From positions 8,239,150-8,303,149 of the forward strand of contig OZ037772.1 in assembly GCA_964035545.1 (NCBI GenBank): 64,000 nt of DNA, written 5' to 3'. The stretch comes from Bugula neritina. Taxonomy: Eukaryota > Animalia > Bryozoa. The notes below the pieces were generated by a model that did not search any database, was not told the DNA's origin, and saw nothing but the letters and a program-made list of their open reading frames with translations. The position numbers were made by a program, and so were the translations under genes. Position 1 is the first letter of the stretch; the number at the start of each line of letters is the position of its first letter. Positions 50,001-64,000 of the stretch are shown in pieces.

Positions 50001-52157
50001 TGGATCAATCCGTCTGGAGTTGTCTCACAGATGACAGGATTTTCTCTCTAACTTGTAACTGAATGATAAAAGAGGCGGAGTGATTAACTATTACTTGATA
50101 ATTTAAGTCTCATTTCACTACTTGACAATTTCAGTCTAATTCTACTACTCAGTAATTCAAATTTCATATTATAAATTAAAACTCACTATTCAGATATTTC
50201 AAGATCTATTAAACTTTTCCAATCTGAAAATTCAGTGTACCATGTGGTGAGAATTTTTCAATGGTTCGGTTTTGATGCCTGCTCTACTGTATAACACACA
50301 GTGTATAGTCTACTATATAATATACTGTATAGCACACTGTATAGTCTACGTGATGTACTGTATATCACACCGTATAGTCTACGTGATGTACTGTATATAA
50401 CAGTGTATAGTCTACTATATAATATACTGTATAGCACACAGTGTATAGTCTACTATATAATATACTGTATAGCACACTGTATAGTCTACGTGATGTATTG
50501 TATATGATAGTGTATAGTCTACATAACATACTATATAAACCATGTATAGTCTACATGCTATACTGTATATCACACATACTATTACTAGTATATGAGGGGT
50601 TGCTAGTACTAAAGTATTGGTTTTACTGCTAATTATTAAGTAATAACAGACTGGCAGCTACTCTTTTATTAATAGCCCATGAGTGTGGACCACATTGTGG
50701 CTAGAAACACCCACTATATACTATATACTCCCTGCACTTTATGGTGACCTTCAGTTATACTCAGACTGTACTTAGCTGACTTCATCCTACGGGGACTAGC
50801 ATCACATGTCATTCAGTGACATCTACGAGCACAGTTCTGTGTCATTCTGTGACATCTACGAGCACAGTGCTGTGTCATTCTGTGACACCCTTTAAGTTGT
50901 TTTATCTACTGACAGCTTGTATGAGTATTTTATATAGGGAGTTTAAGGCTGGGTTTTCATCTGCTGCACGACCTTCAACTTGTAACCTGTTTGCAGACTA
51001 GTTTTATAGTATATCAACAGTTCAACTCTACAGTTGCTCTAAGCTGCTTCTATGCTTGGCTCTGTTAGTTCAGTATTAGTCTATAAATACAGATGGGTCT
51101 ACAGTTAGTTTAAAGTTGGTCTAAAGTTTGCTGACAAATGATCTACATTTAGTCTAAGTTAGTCTACAGATTTTCTAGAGTTAGTGTAGAGTTGGTCTAC
51201 AAATGATCTACAGGTTATCTATAAATTATCTACAGTTGGTCTACAGGTGGTTCATGGATGATCTATAGTTGATCTATATTCATTCTACAGTAGGCACACA
51301 GCTGGTCTGCACTATTTCTACTCCCAATCTAAACTTTCAATGCAGCATCAAGTGTGTTATGAGAAGTCATAAACAAGCTACTAGTCCTAATAAAACAGCC
51401 ACTTTATTTCTACAGATCAATATCGCTGCAGTGTTAGCTGTTGGATAATTCAATTAGCATCTCCTCTGCTATCCATCAAACCTTCTCTCATTATATGCTC
51501 TCCTTGACCCAAACTTACTGACTTCAATGGGTTCTTCAACTTATTACTTGAGTTACTCAAGTGTGTTAAGTACTTTACTTCACGACTTGAGATATTGAAG
51601 TTTTTCACCTCATGACTCCAGTTACTCAAGTCTGTTGAGCTCTTCACTCCATGATTTGAGATATTCAAGTTTTTCGCCTCATAACTTGAGTTATTCAAGT
51701 TTAATTTGAACTTTACTAGGGTTATAACTCAACTTGTCCAACAAAACTAGATTTCAAGTATATAATATTCAATATATGGTTAATCTAATAACATGTTATT
51801 TCATGAGAAGTGGATGGTAAAATAAAATGTTATATACAACGTGTATATTGGAAATATACATGACCAGTATACTTTGGAATTATCTACTTTTTATTATATG
51901 TACAAATGATTCACTTATGCAGTATTGGGCAGATAAAAACAGTGATTCCAATAAATAGAATTATCTGCTTTAATGGTAGAAAATGTCAGTAGTGTGGGCG
52001 GGGGGGGGGGGGGGGGGGGAGAAACTGCCACAATAGAACGGCCAGTGGCTATTACACTGACGTCTAACTATAAGACTGTTAACTGTAAGCTAGATGCCTG
52101 TAGACATCATGTACGGAGGTAATTCACAGTGCTCAAGTCTACAATTCCTTGTTGCAG

Positions 52158-53416
52158 ATGTGAACATCCTAGACCACGACTCTAGCTTGATAGCCCTCAA
52201 TCCTTTGGGGGCGGTTCCTTGGAGCCCGCACTACTGTGTGCTTAAAACAGATGAGCAAACTATCAGCCATCATAAGTTACAGAATGAGGTCAGTTAAGTT
52301 TTATTGTCCTTGATTTATACTCACCCCCTCTTAGCTCTAGCTCTATCCACTTTCTTTACTCTTCCCCTCTTAGCTTTAGCTGTATCCACTCTCTACTCAC
52401 TCCCCCTTCTAGCCAATTCTATCCACTCACTCTACTTCCCCTCTTAGCTCCAGTTGTATCCACTCGCTCTACTCTCCCTTCTAGCCAATTCTATCCACTC
52501 TCACTAAGTAGCTGCCATTTTACTTCCATCTCCCCACCACTAGTGTCACTATAAACCTCCCTGTGAACATTCAGCATAGTGAATAGTATCTCACAGTACA
52601 CGATGTAGATCACCTCTGTGAGTTTTCTCTGCTGCAGATGACACCTGTTAGCCCGAGGAGCATGACTAAAAACATTTGTAGTAAAGAGGACTTTGAAAAG
52701 CATTATGGAATGGAATTGCCTTCCACCCCCACACTAACTCCTTCGCTGAATGTATCCAATCGGTCTAGAGGTGAGTGGACTTGAGTAATAGGTGAAATCT
52801 GCAGAGTAAGTAGATGAAATCAGCAGAGTGAAAAAGTTTAATCTGCAGAGTAGAAATGAACTAAGAGAGCTGCCGCGTGTTTATTACTGACTGATTCTCA
52901 CGTGTGTTGATTTCTGGTAGATTTGTTATTAGAGTTTTCTACTTTCCAACTTTCTAGATGTTTTGTGAATAAGCATAGATGTGCATGGAGTTATTCCCCT
53001 TCTTCTGTAGACAGTTCTATCTCTTTTACTCTGTTGTTATCATCTAATAGAATAACATTTCTCTTCACTGGCTAACACTAACTATGATTTTAGTAAGGAC
53101 TAAAAGACGGAATACAACTACCAACAGTAGTCTCAAATCAGCCAAACGTGGTAAGGTTGCGAATCTTTCAAATTTCTGCTAGCCACGCCTCTAATTCTCA
53201 CTGCAAAGGCTCTCGTGCGGCTTCGCTATGCTTTGCTCAAAATTATTAAGCTTTTCAGATACAAGAAGAATTGAGAGAACAACTTCTAAGTGCAGGACTT
53301 TGCTCATGCAAGCTTGTTGTATACCCTTGTTGTATTGTCATGTGTTTCATAATATATTATACATGCATTGTGCTAACCCCAGTGTGTTACACAATATATA
53401 CTACTACTACTACTAT

Positions 53417-53448
<32 letters not shown>

Positions 53449-53499
53449 TACTACTACTGCTACTACTACTGCTAGTACTACTACTACTACTACTACTAT

Positions 53500-53537
<38 letters not shown>

Positions 53538-53565
53538 TTACTACTACTATTACTACTACTGCTAG

Positions 53566-53596
<31 letters not shown>

Positions 53597-53807
53597 GCTA
53601 TTACTACTAGTACTACTACTACTACTACCAGTACTACTACTACTACTACTACTACTACTAGTACTACTACTACTACTACTAGTACTACTACTACTACTAC
53701 TACTACTACTAGTACTACTAGTACTGCTACTACTGCTGCTGTTGCTACTACTACTACTGCTACTACTACTATTACTACTACTATTACTACTACTAGTACT
53801 ACTACTG

Positions 53808-53852
<45 letters not shown>

Positions 53853-55829
53853 GTAGTACTACTACTACTAGTACTACTAGTACTGCTACCTCTACTAGTA
53901 CTACTACTACTACTACTAGTACTACTACTACTACCACTACTACTAATACTACTACAGCTACTACTACTACTACTACTAGTACTGTACTAAAATGATTGTA
54001 GATGATACGTTGTCACTACAGTCACACACTACTAACACTTCTCAGCTCACTTCCTCTGAGCCCTTTAGCCCTAGTTCAGCTGCCCCCGTCACACCCACTA
54101 GCTCGCATACAGTGCACATGACTCGGTCTAACACTATCGCAGGTAAATCAAATACTGCAGGTAAACTTTCGCTCATTTAGAAAAGTGCAGACCCTGACTT
54201 ACTATTTCTCGGGCTTATTTGTGGCTTAGCATTGCTGTGAAGCTGTTTGCTCAATGTGATGCTGTGTTGTGATGTGTGTAGGAGCTATGTTGTACATATT
54301 GACACATGCTCTAGTAACTAGCATTGTTGCTCCCTTAGCAGCTGTACTAATGTTACCTTGTGGGAGTTTTCCTTCCATTTTCTTAGTCTCGTTTATCAAT
54401 TATTTGAAAGGTGATGCGTTGCTGGGTTCCATATTTTATATAAATATGTGTAAATGATTTATTGATGTAAGAACTGTAATATTAGTTATTGATCAATAAT
54501 GTTACATGTAGCCTAACATTTATCATCAAATTCTCAATTTGATACACCAGATATCTTTCCAATTAACCTGATACATTAATACCTTATAATCCTATTTAAT
54601 TATTTGCCTCTCTAAGCATTAGTCTAGATGATAGGTTCTCCCCAGTCAAGTGAAGGTGGGGCTGTGAATTCAATCTTCTACAAGTAGCTGATATAAGATA
54701 GTTTATCTTAGAACTACAGCCATGTACTAGTAGTTTATGGTTTAGAAAAATCAACAAGTATATCTTCTACAGTGAGTTCTGATGTATTATTTACTAGCAT
54801 AGTTATTTTATGGATTACCTCCATTTTCTTACCCGGAGGAAACCTTGTCACCTATTCACCTATTGGTATATAGTATCATCACATCTTGATTTATCTCTGT
54901 CTTACGCTGCATTTTAACGTCTGAAGGCATCTCCTTCTGTTAGTCTCTCTCCAAGTTTGTCCATCCTTTCATCTCCACGGTACTTTTCATTCACTCAAAC
55001 TTTAACCAGCTTTTGTAAGCTAACTCTTAGAGCACCGAGTGGTTTACATAACACTGAGAACACAGCGTCAGCCAAGACAGCACTGCTACGTAACATAACG
55101 CCGCCCACTTCTTGCCGCCACTGGAGTCTTTAACATAGCACCTGCCGGGTTTTGCCAACAAAGCACCTGCTGGTTTCTGCCAACAGCACAGAGACACAAG
55201 CACCTGCTAACTATACTCAGGTGTCATCTAACTGGACATATATACTTCCAGGATTATGACAGGAGAAGTGTGACTCATAACTAGTTTTTGTAAGCTTTGT
55301 TGGTGTGTCACTCAGTGATTGACATCTCCGTGCAAGTGTCTGTATCACAGCAGTAGCTATGCAGACCTCCAGTATACTGACACTTGCTTGAAAAGGAACA
55401 CCTTGCAGCACTTGCTGAATCACCTGGAAAAACCTCTTTCAACCTGCTACTTGGAGAACATAACAGACAAGATTTTGATGGTCACTAGCACATGTAAGTT
55501 GAAGTCATTGCACCATCTTTCGGTAGTATCTACTTTTTGATAAGCTCCAATTCTAACTATTTGTTTGTAGTTTGAGCACAATGATTGGGCAGGCAACTTC
55601 CTTTCCCACAACTGTTTGCTATTATTATCTCATTACTTATGCAGCATGTCCTGGCATCACACTCGGATAGCATTAGCAGATCTTAGGAGAATGTCATGTC
55701 CAGAGGATATCACAAGATCTGGTGGTCACAGTGACAGTCTAAGCTGTGCTATACTACCAGGTAAGTAGTAGCAGTAGTCCTAGTAGTAGTAGCAGTAGTA
55801 CTAGTAGCAGTAGCAGTAGTACTAGTAGC

Positions 55830-55909
<80 letters not shown>

Positions 55910-58900
55910 TAGTAGTAGTAGTAGCAGTAGTAGTAGCAGTAGCAGCAGTAGTAGTAGCAGTAGCAGCAGTAGTATTAGTAACAGTAGTACAAAGTGAACA
56001 CATTTTATAAAATTTATATTTTAGTAAAAACGTTCAAGAAACCAAAATCCACGAGAAAAGAAAAGAAGTACATTTGCCACAAACACAGAAGAAAGTGGAG
56101 CAGATCTAATAGTTTACCAGGTAAACTACCTTGTGTGTAGACCATGTGTAGAATATGTGTATAGTATGTGTAGAATGTGTATAGAGTATGTATAGATTAT
56201 GTGTAGAGTATGCATAGACTATGTGTAGAGTGTGTGTAGAGTATGTATAGACTATGTGTAGAGTATGTATAGAGTATGCAGTGGTCTAGGGATTAGAGCG
56301 TTTGGTTTAGTATGCACATGGTCATGGGTTCGAACCCCAGACAAAGACCATTGGTGATGTTAGGAAGAGCATCCAGTCATAATTGCTCCTGTGCCTCATC
56401 TGAATAAGTCCTTAGCTCGCTTTTACAAAAACCCTTTCCATCAGGGGTTTCTTTCTCACAGGGATGGAGACTATAAACTTGTGTGAGTTTTTTCATTGTG
56501 TGTAGAGGCTGTAGAAACTGTGTAGATGAAATGCTAAGTGATGTACTCATATACTTGCAGATAATGGTGTTGAAGTTTCCACCTCTTGGTTGTGTGAGTT
56601 AAAGGAAGGGGAGTTACCACCCGCCCCGCCCACCCCCTCTCTCCATTGTATTCAGGAGACAAAGGCTAAAAAGTCTAAAAGAAAGCAGAGCACGAAACCT
56701 TCCAGCCGCAGACGCAGCTCAATGAGCTCTCCGCTATCTTCTCACGCATTTGATCCGCTCTGTAGAGATCATGGTGATATACCAGCCAATCCATACTGCA
56801 CTGAGTACGTGAGGTGTGGCACCCAGCCCGCACTGTCTGGCTATAAGAAAGTAAGGGACTTAGACTATCCCAGACAGTTTAGACGCACCAGTTACTGCGT
56901 CAACCAATCAAATAGCTTCAAGGCGTCGGAGTCTGCATTAACTTCTAAACGAAGGACTTCTCTGCCAGCCCTGATGTTGGGCACACAGAGGATGCAGTCT
57001 AGACATCAAGGTATTGTGGATGTTTTATTCTCTTCTTTCCTCTACATTACATTGTAGTGTGTGCTATACTATATACTACTCTGTGCTATACTATGTACTA
57101 TACTATATATACCATGCTGTATTATACTATGTTATACTGTACTATACTATACTATAAACTATACTATACTATAATATAATTATTATACTATACTATAATG
57201 TACTATACTATACTATAAACTCTACTATACTATACTATAATATATACTACACTATACTATACTATACTATACTATACTATACTATACTATACTATACTAT
57301 AAACTCTACTATACTATAATATAATATAATTATTATACTATACTATTTGTGGTTCAAGAAGCATAAACCACATGCATATCACTAGTTACACAAGTGAACC
57401 CATCTTTTTTACTACTTTGTGGTAGTTGTCTTTCCATTGTCCACTTGCTTACTTAGCATTGTTATACTATCACTATTATATTATATTACTCTATTGTATT
57501 ATATTGTCACTGGTATATTATATTATTTTATATTAATCTATTATATTGTATCACTATATTATATTACAATTACTATAATTATTATATTATATTGCTTTAT
57601 TATATTGTCACTATATTATATTACTATTACTTGTACTATTTTATATTTTCTCGCTCTACTATTCACTATATTATACCACTCTATTATATTATATTACTCT
57701 ATTATATTATCACTATATATAAAATTCTATCACTCTTCTACCCACTATATTATAACTATATAAAGCATATTCTAGACTAGGTTACTCACTAAATTACGCA
57801 ATGATGACGAGGTGGAGACTGATTAACGTCTGCTAGAGTCATCACATATTTATTCGCTGCCTCCACAATAACAACCAGTGATCAAACTACCAGCATATTG
57901 TCTCTATTCTACTCTGTGCTCTACTCTGTGTACAATGTAAATACTATATCTATTCTCTGCTCATCTCATCAACTCCATTTCATATCTTTCTCTTCGTCAT
58001 CTCGCTGTGTGTGTGCTACTGAGTGGGTGAGTAAGCTGGACTCTGACTGAATATACAGTTAATACTCTATAGTATGTATACTCTACTGTCAGTTAATACT
58101 CTATAGTATGTATACCCTACTGTCAGTTACTACTCTATAGTATGTATACTCTACTGTCAGTTAATACTCTATAGTATGTATACTCTACTGTCAGTTACTA
58201 CTCTATAGTATGTATACTCTACTGTCAGTTAATACTCTATAGTATGTATACTCTACTGTCAGTTACTACTCTATAGTATGTATACTCTACTGTCAGTTAA
58301 TACTCTATAGTATGTATACTCTACTGTCAGTTACTACTCTATAGTATGTATACTCTACTGTCAGTTAATACTCTATAGTATGTATACTCTACTGTCAGTT
58401 AGTACTCTATAGTATGTATACTCTACTGTCAGTTAATACTCTATAGTATGTATACTCTACTGTTAGTTACTACTTTATAGTATGTATACTCTACTGTCAG
58501 TTACCACTCTATAGTATGTATAGTCTACTATCAGTTAATACTCTATAGTATGTATACTCTACTGTCAGTTAATACTCTATAGTATGTATACTCTACTGTC
58601 AGTTAGTACTCTATAGTATGTATACTCTACTGTCAGTTAATACTCTATAGTATGTATACTCTACTGTTAGTTACTGCTTTATAGTATGTATACTCTACTG
58701 TCAGTTACTACTCTATAGTATGTATAGTCTACTATCAGTTAATACTCTATAGTATGTATACTCTACTGTCAGTTAATACTCTATAGTATGTATACTCTAC
58801 TGTTAGTTACTACTTTATAGTATGTATACTCTACTGTCAGTTACTACTCTATAGTATGTATAGTCTACTATCAGTTAATACTCTATAGTATGTATACTCT

Positions 58901-61399
58901 ACTGTCAGTTAATACTCTATAGTATGTATACTCTACTGTTAGTTACTACTTTATAGTATGTATACTCTACTGTCAGTTACTACTCTATAGTATGTATAGT
59001 CTACTATCAGTTAATACTCTATAGTATGTATACTCTACTGTCAGTTAATACTCTATAGTATGTATACTCTACTGTCAGTTATATTATATAAGCATTGGGC
59101 TTGTAAACCTCACTTCTTGAGTTTTCAGCAAGCAAGTTGTGTTTTAGTTTGAAGCCAATAGTGTCCATGAAAATGTCATCCTTCCACCTACTTTACCTTA
59201 TTCTCTTATTTTCTTACAGTTTATACAAATGGGGGTTTTCTTCTCATGTAAAGCAACTTTCTTTAAGCTCTTCCAAGTTCTTGTAATAATGAGTGCCTCT
59301 TCAAGTAATCTGTTGTTTTGGGAAAATGTCTACAAAACCAAAATTTTGTAAAGGAAATTTAAAGGAATGTTTGAGCAGTACACATGCTGCCGTTAGTTTC
59401 ATATGAGACTCGTGTGTTTTTTAAGTTTGTATCACTAGCCATAGGGGAAGACTCTGTACTTGCACTGTCAGCAGCAGTAATGACATCACCCTTCCCCTTC
59501 TGACAGCAAGCCACAGGCATCACCCTAATAATATAATATCACATAGAAAGTCAAAATATTTAATGTTTGATGTCTCTTTATCAGCATGTAGAGTTGGTAA
59601 TGTCATCATGTATTCTATATTCATTATGTTTCCTAAACCATCATCTCACTTAACTCTGCTCTTGCATCATACTAGAGATATTGAGATAGTCTAAGTTCTT
59701 TAATTGTATTATCAAATTTTGGTTTAGGGCTTAGGTTGAAATTCTTGTGAGAACCTAACTTTTTTTGCTAGACCACAGGCTTTTCTCAATTTCTCCACAC
59801 CTGCACATACCGCCATTCTCACTACACACTGTACTCCTGTACTCTTCCGTCTTCACTTGTGAATCTTCACTTGTGAAAGATTTTTCGTGACATTCCTGCA
59901 TTTCTATACTAGTGCAATAACTCAACAGCCATGCCAGCAGCTCTCAGGTGGACTCATTGCATAATTAGACCTAAGTAGGGACGTATGACTAGACACCAGC
60001 ATATTATTAGCTCTTGTGAATCCTAGGGCTAGTTTATTCATTAGTCAACTAATTCACTGATTATGATGTTGTAATAATTGTTTTGTTTTGGTAGATGGAC
60101 TTTTACTGGCAGGCAGCGCTACAGGCAGCCGAGTGTTGAGAGCTTCGAGTCCAGATAGCCAGAGTTCTGATTCTTTCTATCTTTATCGCGGAGGGTCGGC
60201 GTCTACAAGCTCCGATTGTAACACTTCCACAGGCTACTGTTCTGACCTGGATGGTTCCTCCACTATAACATCCCCAGCAGGCAGTGAATTGCCTTCAGTG
60301 TTAGCAGGTGACATCTTTGTGGCAGGATCAGCAAGTGACACTTTAGTGACATCATCAGCAGGTGACATCTTTGTGACAGGATCAGCAAGTGACACTTTAG
60401 TGACATCATCAGCAGGTGACATCTTTGTGACAGGATCAGCAAGTGACACTTTGGTGACAGGATTAGCAAGTGACACTTGTGCGACAGTATCAGCAGGTGA
60501 TCCTTTTGTGACATCACCAGCAGGTGACCCTTGTGTGACAACATCAGCAGGTGACCCTCGTGTGACAACATCAGCAAGTGACACTGCGTTGACACCTCCA
60601 GCAGGTGGCAAGAAAAAGAGTAGGTGTGCTGGTTTATTTCAAAAGGAAAAGAAGCCAGTAATTGAAAACGTAACAAATAAAGTACAAAACTTGGTAATCG
60701 AACTGAAGAAAGAGACAATGACCGACTACATTCCCATGTTCAGTCAGACTCTGAGTCGTAGTCGTACTCGTAGTCATACAGTCACACTCACTAACACTAT
60801 TGGTAGGAGATACGCGCGGGCGGAGTCTAATACCACCGACTACACTCTACACAACTATATATGCCCTAAGGCTAAGTTACTGCGTGTTACTCAGTCTAAC
60901 AATAACATCGCGCAGTCTGATGCAGACTGTCTCTCGTTCTCCCCTTTGACATACGAGAGTGAGGACATCTCACTAGACTCGGGAAGTGGTAGACACTGTC
61001 CACCAGAGCGCAGTCAGTCTGAGAACAAGTCACGTCGTACGTCTTCCAAGTCTCTCTTCAAGTTCTTCTCAGCTTTCCGGAGATCAACTAGTACAGTAGA
61101 GCTTCGGGATAACGACCTTGACATTAGAAATTCAAAAAGTAGATCACAATCCGCTTTTGTCTCGCTCGGTAGAAAGTCAAAGTCTTACAAACTCAGCGAA
61201 GGTACTGATTACACTCTTTCTACTCCGAATATCACGGCCTTGCCTGACTTTAACGACGTTTTCCCTGTTGGCTTTGATTGGGGCTATGATGAAGTGTTCA
61301 ACGAAGGAATTGAGGATGTGTGGGGAACTGAGGCTATGCTTGGAGACGGTGCAGCCTCAAACCACACCAAACGTAACACCGACCCGTGTTGTTACCAAG
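52158..61399 (+). CDS. Second multi-exon gene, partial; mostly Ser/Thr-rich low-complexity protein; first exon resembles the start of a PH-like domain
   Basis: Phase-compatible exons 52158-52288, 52638-52770, 53094-53150, 54002-54142, ~55680-55760, 56025-56120, 56561-57010, 60095-61399. WSPHYCVLKTDEQT loosely recalls N-termini of invertebrate SynGAP/DAB2IP-type RasGAPs, but no GAP domain is in the window. Confidence 0.6.
53400..53985. repeat. (ACT)n microsatellite
   Basis: Read directly from the sequence. Confidence 0.95.
55764..55990. repeat. (AGT)n microsatellite
   Basis: Read directly from the sequence. Confidence 0.95.
56278..56489 (+). mobile_element. tRNA-derived SINE, copy 2
   Basis: TGGTCTAGGG...GGTTCGAACCC plus the shared body CATTGGTGATGTTAGGAAGAGCATCCAGTCATAATTGCTCCTG. 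Confidence 0.8.
57060..57345. repeat. (TATAC)n microsatellite
   Basis: Read directly from the sequence. Confidence 0.9.
58056..59080. repeat. 34-bp minisatellite, about 30 copies
   Basis: Unit CAGTTA(A/C)TACTCTATAGTATGTATACTCTACTGT, head to tail. Confidence 0.95.
60304..60606 (+). repeat. Coding minisatellite, 27-nt (9-aa) unit, about 11 copies
   Basis: Alternating AGDIFVTGS / ASDTLVTSS units inside exon 60095-61399. Confidence 0.85.
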
Positions 61400-62709
61400 G
61401 TACTTGTATTATAAGGCTATTGGGATGCAACACAGCCTATAGCGCCCACTCTCTGTACACTCTCTGTCTATACTCTCAGTCTATGCTCTCAGTCTATGGT
61501 CTTAGCCTATGCTCTTAGTCTTAGCTCATAATCTTAGTAGGATACTAGCCTATATTCTCATTGTTTACTTTCATAACATGCTCTTAGTCTATGTATAATT
61601 TTGACCTGTTGGTATTTTTTGATCAAGTCTGCACTTTAAATAGTAGAGGTAGATGCAGTAATGGAGAAATTGAGAAAAGCCTGTGTTCTCGCAAGAATAC
61701 CAACCCCCCTCCAAACCTAAATTTGATAACAAAGTTAAAGAACTTAGGCTATCTCAATTTCTCTACTACTGCTCCTAAATGAAATAGTAACAACAATCAG
61801 GACTATTACCATTATCATTTTCTTGCATTTATGATTGGTAGTTGTCAGCACATTATTTAAGTACACAACTCCAAATACACACATGCTGTTACTTGCCAAT
61901 AAACTAGTTACTAGTTGGGGTAATTATTTTAGAATCACAATGGGGTGTGTGAGTGGTGAATGTATCTAGAATAAGGAAAGTCTATTAGTTTTAGTATACA
62001 TTACTTGTAGCTAAGTAATTAGTTCAACCTTTGCAATGATTTATTCAATTTTAATGGTCAATACTTACACTATACTGGTTATGTATTAGCATAATATACT
62101 GTAATGAGTTAGCATAATATTAGTATTAGTATAGTATACTAGTGTTATGTTAGTGTAATATGCTGTAATGTATTAGTATATATTTTATACTTGAACTAAG
62201 TAATTACTTCAAGACATGGAAGTGGCGGGCACCTGTCCCACCCTGCCACTTCCTACATCTCAGTGACATCTCATAGTGACGTATGACATAACACAGCCTG
62301 TCACTTGTTGCCACTTGATTGGATCTTTCAGCCAATCACTTGCAGATTCTTCACACTTGTTTATCCCAAGACATTATCTGCCACTGCTACTACTACTACT
62401 ACTACTACTGCATGCAGCCCTTGAGTAGCTGCTGCAGGTACTTGTTTGGTGGTACGTTCTGCTAACTGTACCTGTGCAATGCCGTGCCTTTCACCGACAC
62501 AGCACACTGTCAAACAGAGGTTCGTGCACATGTTTTCGGATCGACCCAGCTGGAGGCGACGCACTGTTGATGAGAACTATTTGCAGCGGAAAAAGATTCG
62601 GGTGTTAGAAGAGCCCGTTACGGCGATAAACAGGAATAGAATAAAAACTTTACCTGCGGGGTATACGCTGGCTCGGTGTTATGAGGAGTGTAGCGCATGT
62701 ATGTCGTAA

Positions 62710-63220
62710 TATAGCGTAGTAATATAGTTTAGTATGTAGTGATATAGTGTAGTACATAGTAATATAGTAATATAGAGTATAGAGTAGTATAGAGTAGTAT
62801 AGAGTAGTATATAGTATATAGTAGTATATAGTATAGAGTAGTATATAGTATAGAGTAGTATATAGTATAGTATAGTATAGAGTAGTATACAGTATAGTGT
62901 AGTATATAGTACAGAGTAGTATAGTATAGAGTAGTATACAGTATAGAGTAGTATATAGTATAGAGTAGTATAGTATAGAGTAGTATACAGTATAGAGTAG
63001 TATATAGTATAGAGTAGTATATAGTATAGAGTAGTATATAGTATAGAGTAGTATATAGTATAGAGTAGTATATACTATAGTATAGAGTAGTATATAGTAT
63101 AGTATAGAGTAGTATATAGTCTATAGTTTAGTATATAGTATAAAGTAGTATAGTTTTGTATATGGTATTGTATGTAGTAATATAGTGAAGTTGCTGTGGT
63201 GTAATATAGTAATATAGTGT
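62710..63220. repeat. (GTATA/GTAGA)-based satellite
   Basis: Read directly from the sequence. Confidence 0.9.
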
Positions 63221-64000
63221 AATATATGATACAGTACATGTGTGTATTGGAGCTTATTCTATAATTTATTCTAAAGTTTTGTACACTATACTCATCTCTG
63301 CATCCACTCCTTGCATAAATAACTGCATCCACCACTGTTCAATGTAAACTGCTTATCCCTCCTTTCATTTATACAAACATCTTGACTGAAGGGTTCTCGA
63401 AAGCCAGACACTGCGGGGCGTGTATTGACCCCCCTTACAGACTGTATTGTTGTTAGCCTTAGAACTGTGAGTGAGTAGACTTGGTGTTTGTTTGTTGTGT
63501 AGTTTAAGTGTTTACTATAGATATCTGCACAATAGATTGATCTACACGTTGGCTAGTCTGCCATGAATTGCCCTGCAGTTGTTACTTGGTAGTGAAGTGT
63601 ATAGCTTAGAGGTAGCACTGTACTGGTATAATATGACATTGCTATGAGAGTAGATATCATATACTGTAAGTGTGTTACTAGTTATATACTGCAGTGTGTA
63701 AGTACATTACTAGTGAGTGTAAGTACATTACTAGTGAGTGTAAGTACATTACTAGTGAGTGTAAGTACATTGCTAGTGAGTGTAAGTACATTGCTAATTG
63801 TGGATTGTGTGTAGATGAAAGTAGGCAATGGTATTGTAAACTGTAAGTACATCACTTATATGTATATTGCGTGTGCATTGAAAAGTATGAACAGTATGTA
63901 CATTGTTAGTTGTATACTGTGAATTTATTGCTAGTTGTACTTGTAAGTACATCACAAGTTATATAGTGTAAGTACATCACTAGTTATACAGTGTAAGTAC

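Noticed and set aside
53228-53995. Long poly-Thr/Leu/Val ORFs (also 31750-32378 and 55746-56003)
   Set aside because: These are stop-free frames produced by microsatellites, not genes.
58056-59080. CRISPR-like array of ~34-bp repeats
   Set aside because: Units are head to tail with no unique spacers, there are no cas genes, and the context is eukaryotic.
62446-62709. 87-aa ORF, possible alternative first exon of the second gene
   Set aside because: Looks coding, but there is no clear splice partner in the window and no recognisable domain.

Overview
Eukaryotic, AT-rich, intron-containing DNA, probably from an invertebrate animal (the species cannot be determined from the sequence). The main feature is a large + strand multi-exon gene, at least 6256-45270, whose 5' end lies outside the window. 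I reconstructed it by hand: 35 GT-AG exons with consistent splice phases (about 2370 aa in-window). Architecture: two tandem copies of an unrecognised ~330-aa helical module, then two LRR blocks built from symmetric phase-2 exons, then a ROC GTPase-COR tandem, an acidic DxxD-rich linker and a complete caspase (p20+p10) fold whose QACxG motif reads EAASG (catalytic Cys replaced by Ala). This is an LRR-ROCO/pseudo-caspase fusion that looks like an innate-immune or cell-death receptor. Its introns hold three Ty3/Gypsy LTR retrotransposons: one intact with identical 121-bp LTRs nested in a decayed RTE LINE, and one carrying an accessory zinc-finger ORF. They also hold three solo LTRs with TSDs, a tRNA-derived SINE and non-autonomous DNA elements. 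A second + strand multi-exon gene of uncertain identity (about 52.1-61.4 kb, open at both ends) lies among micro- and minisatellites. All exon calls are manual predictions with no transcript support.
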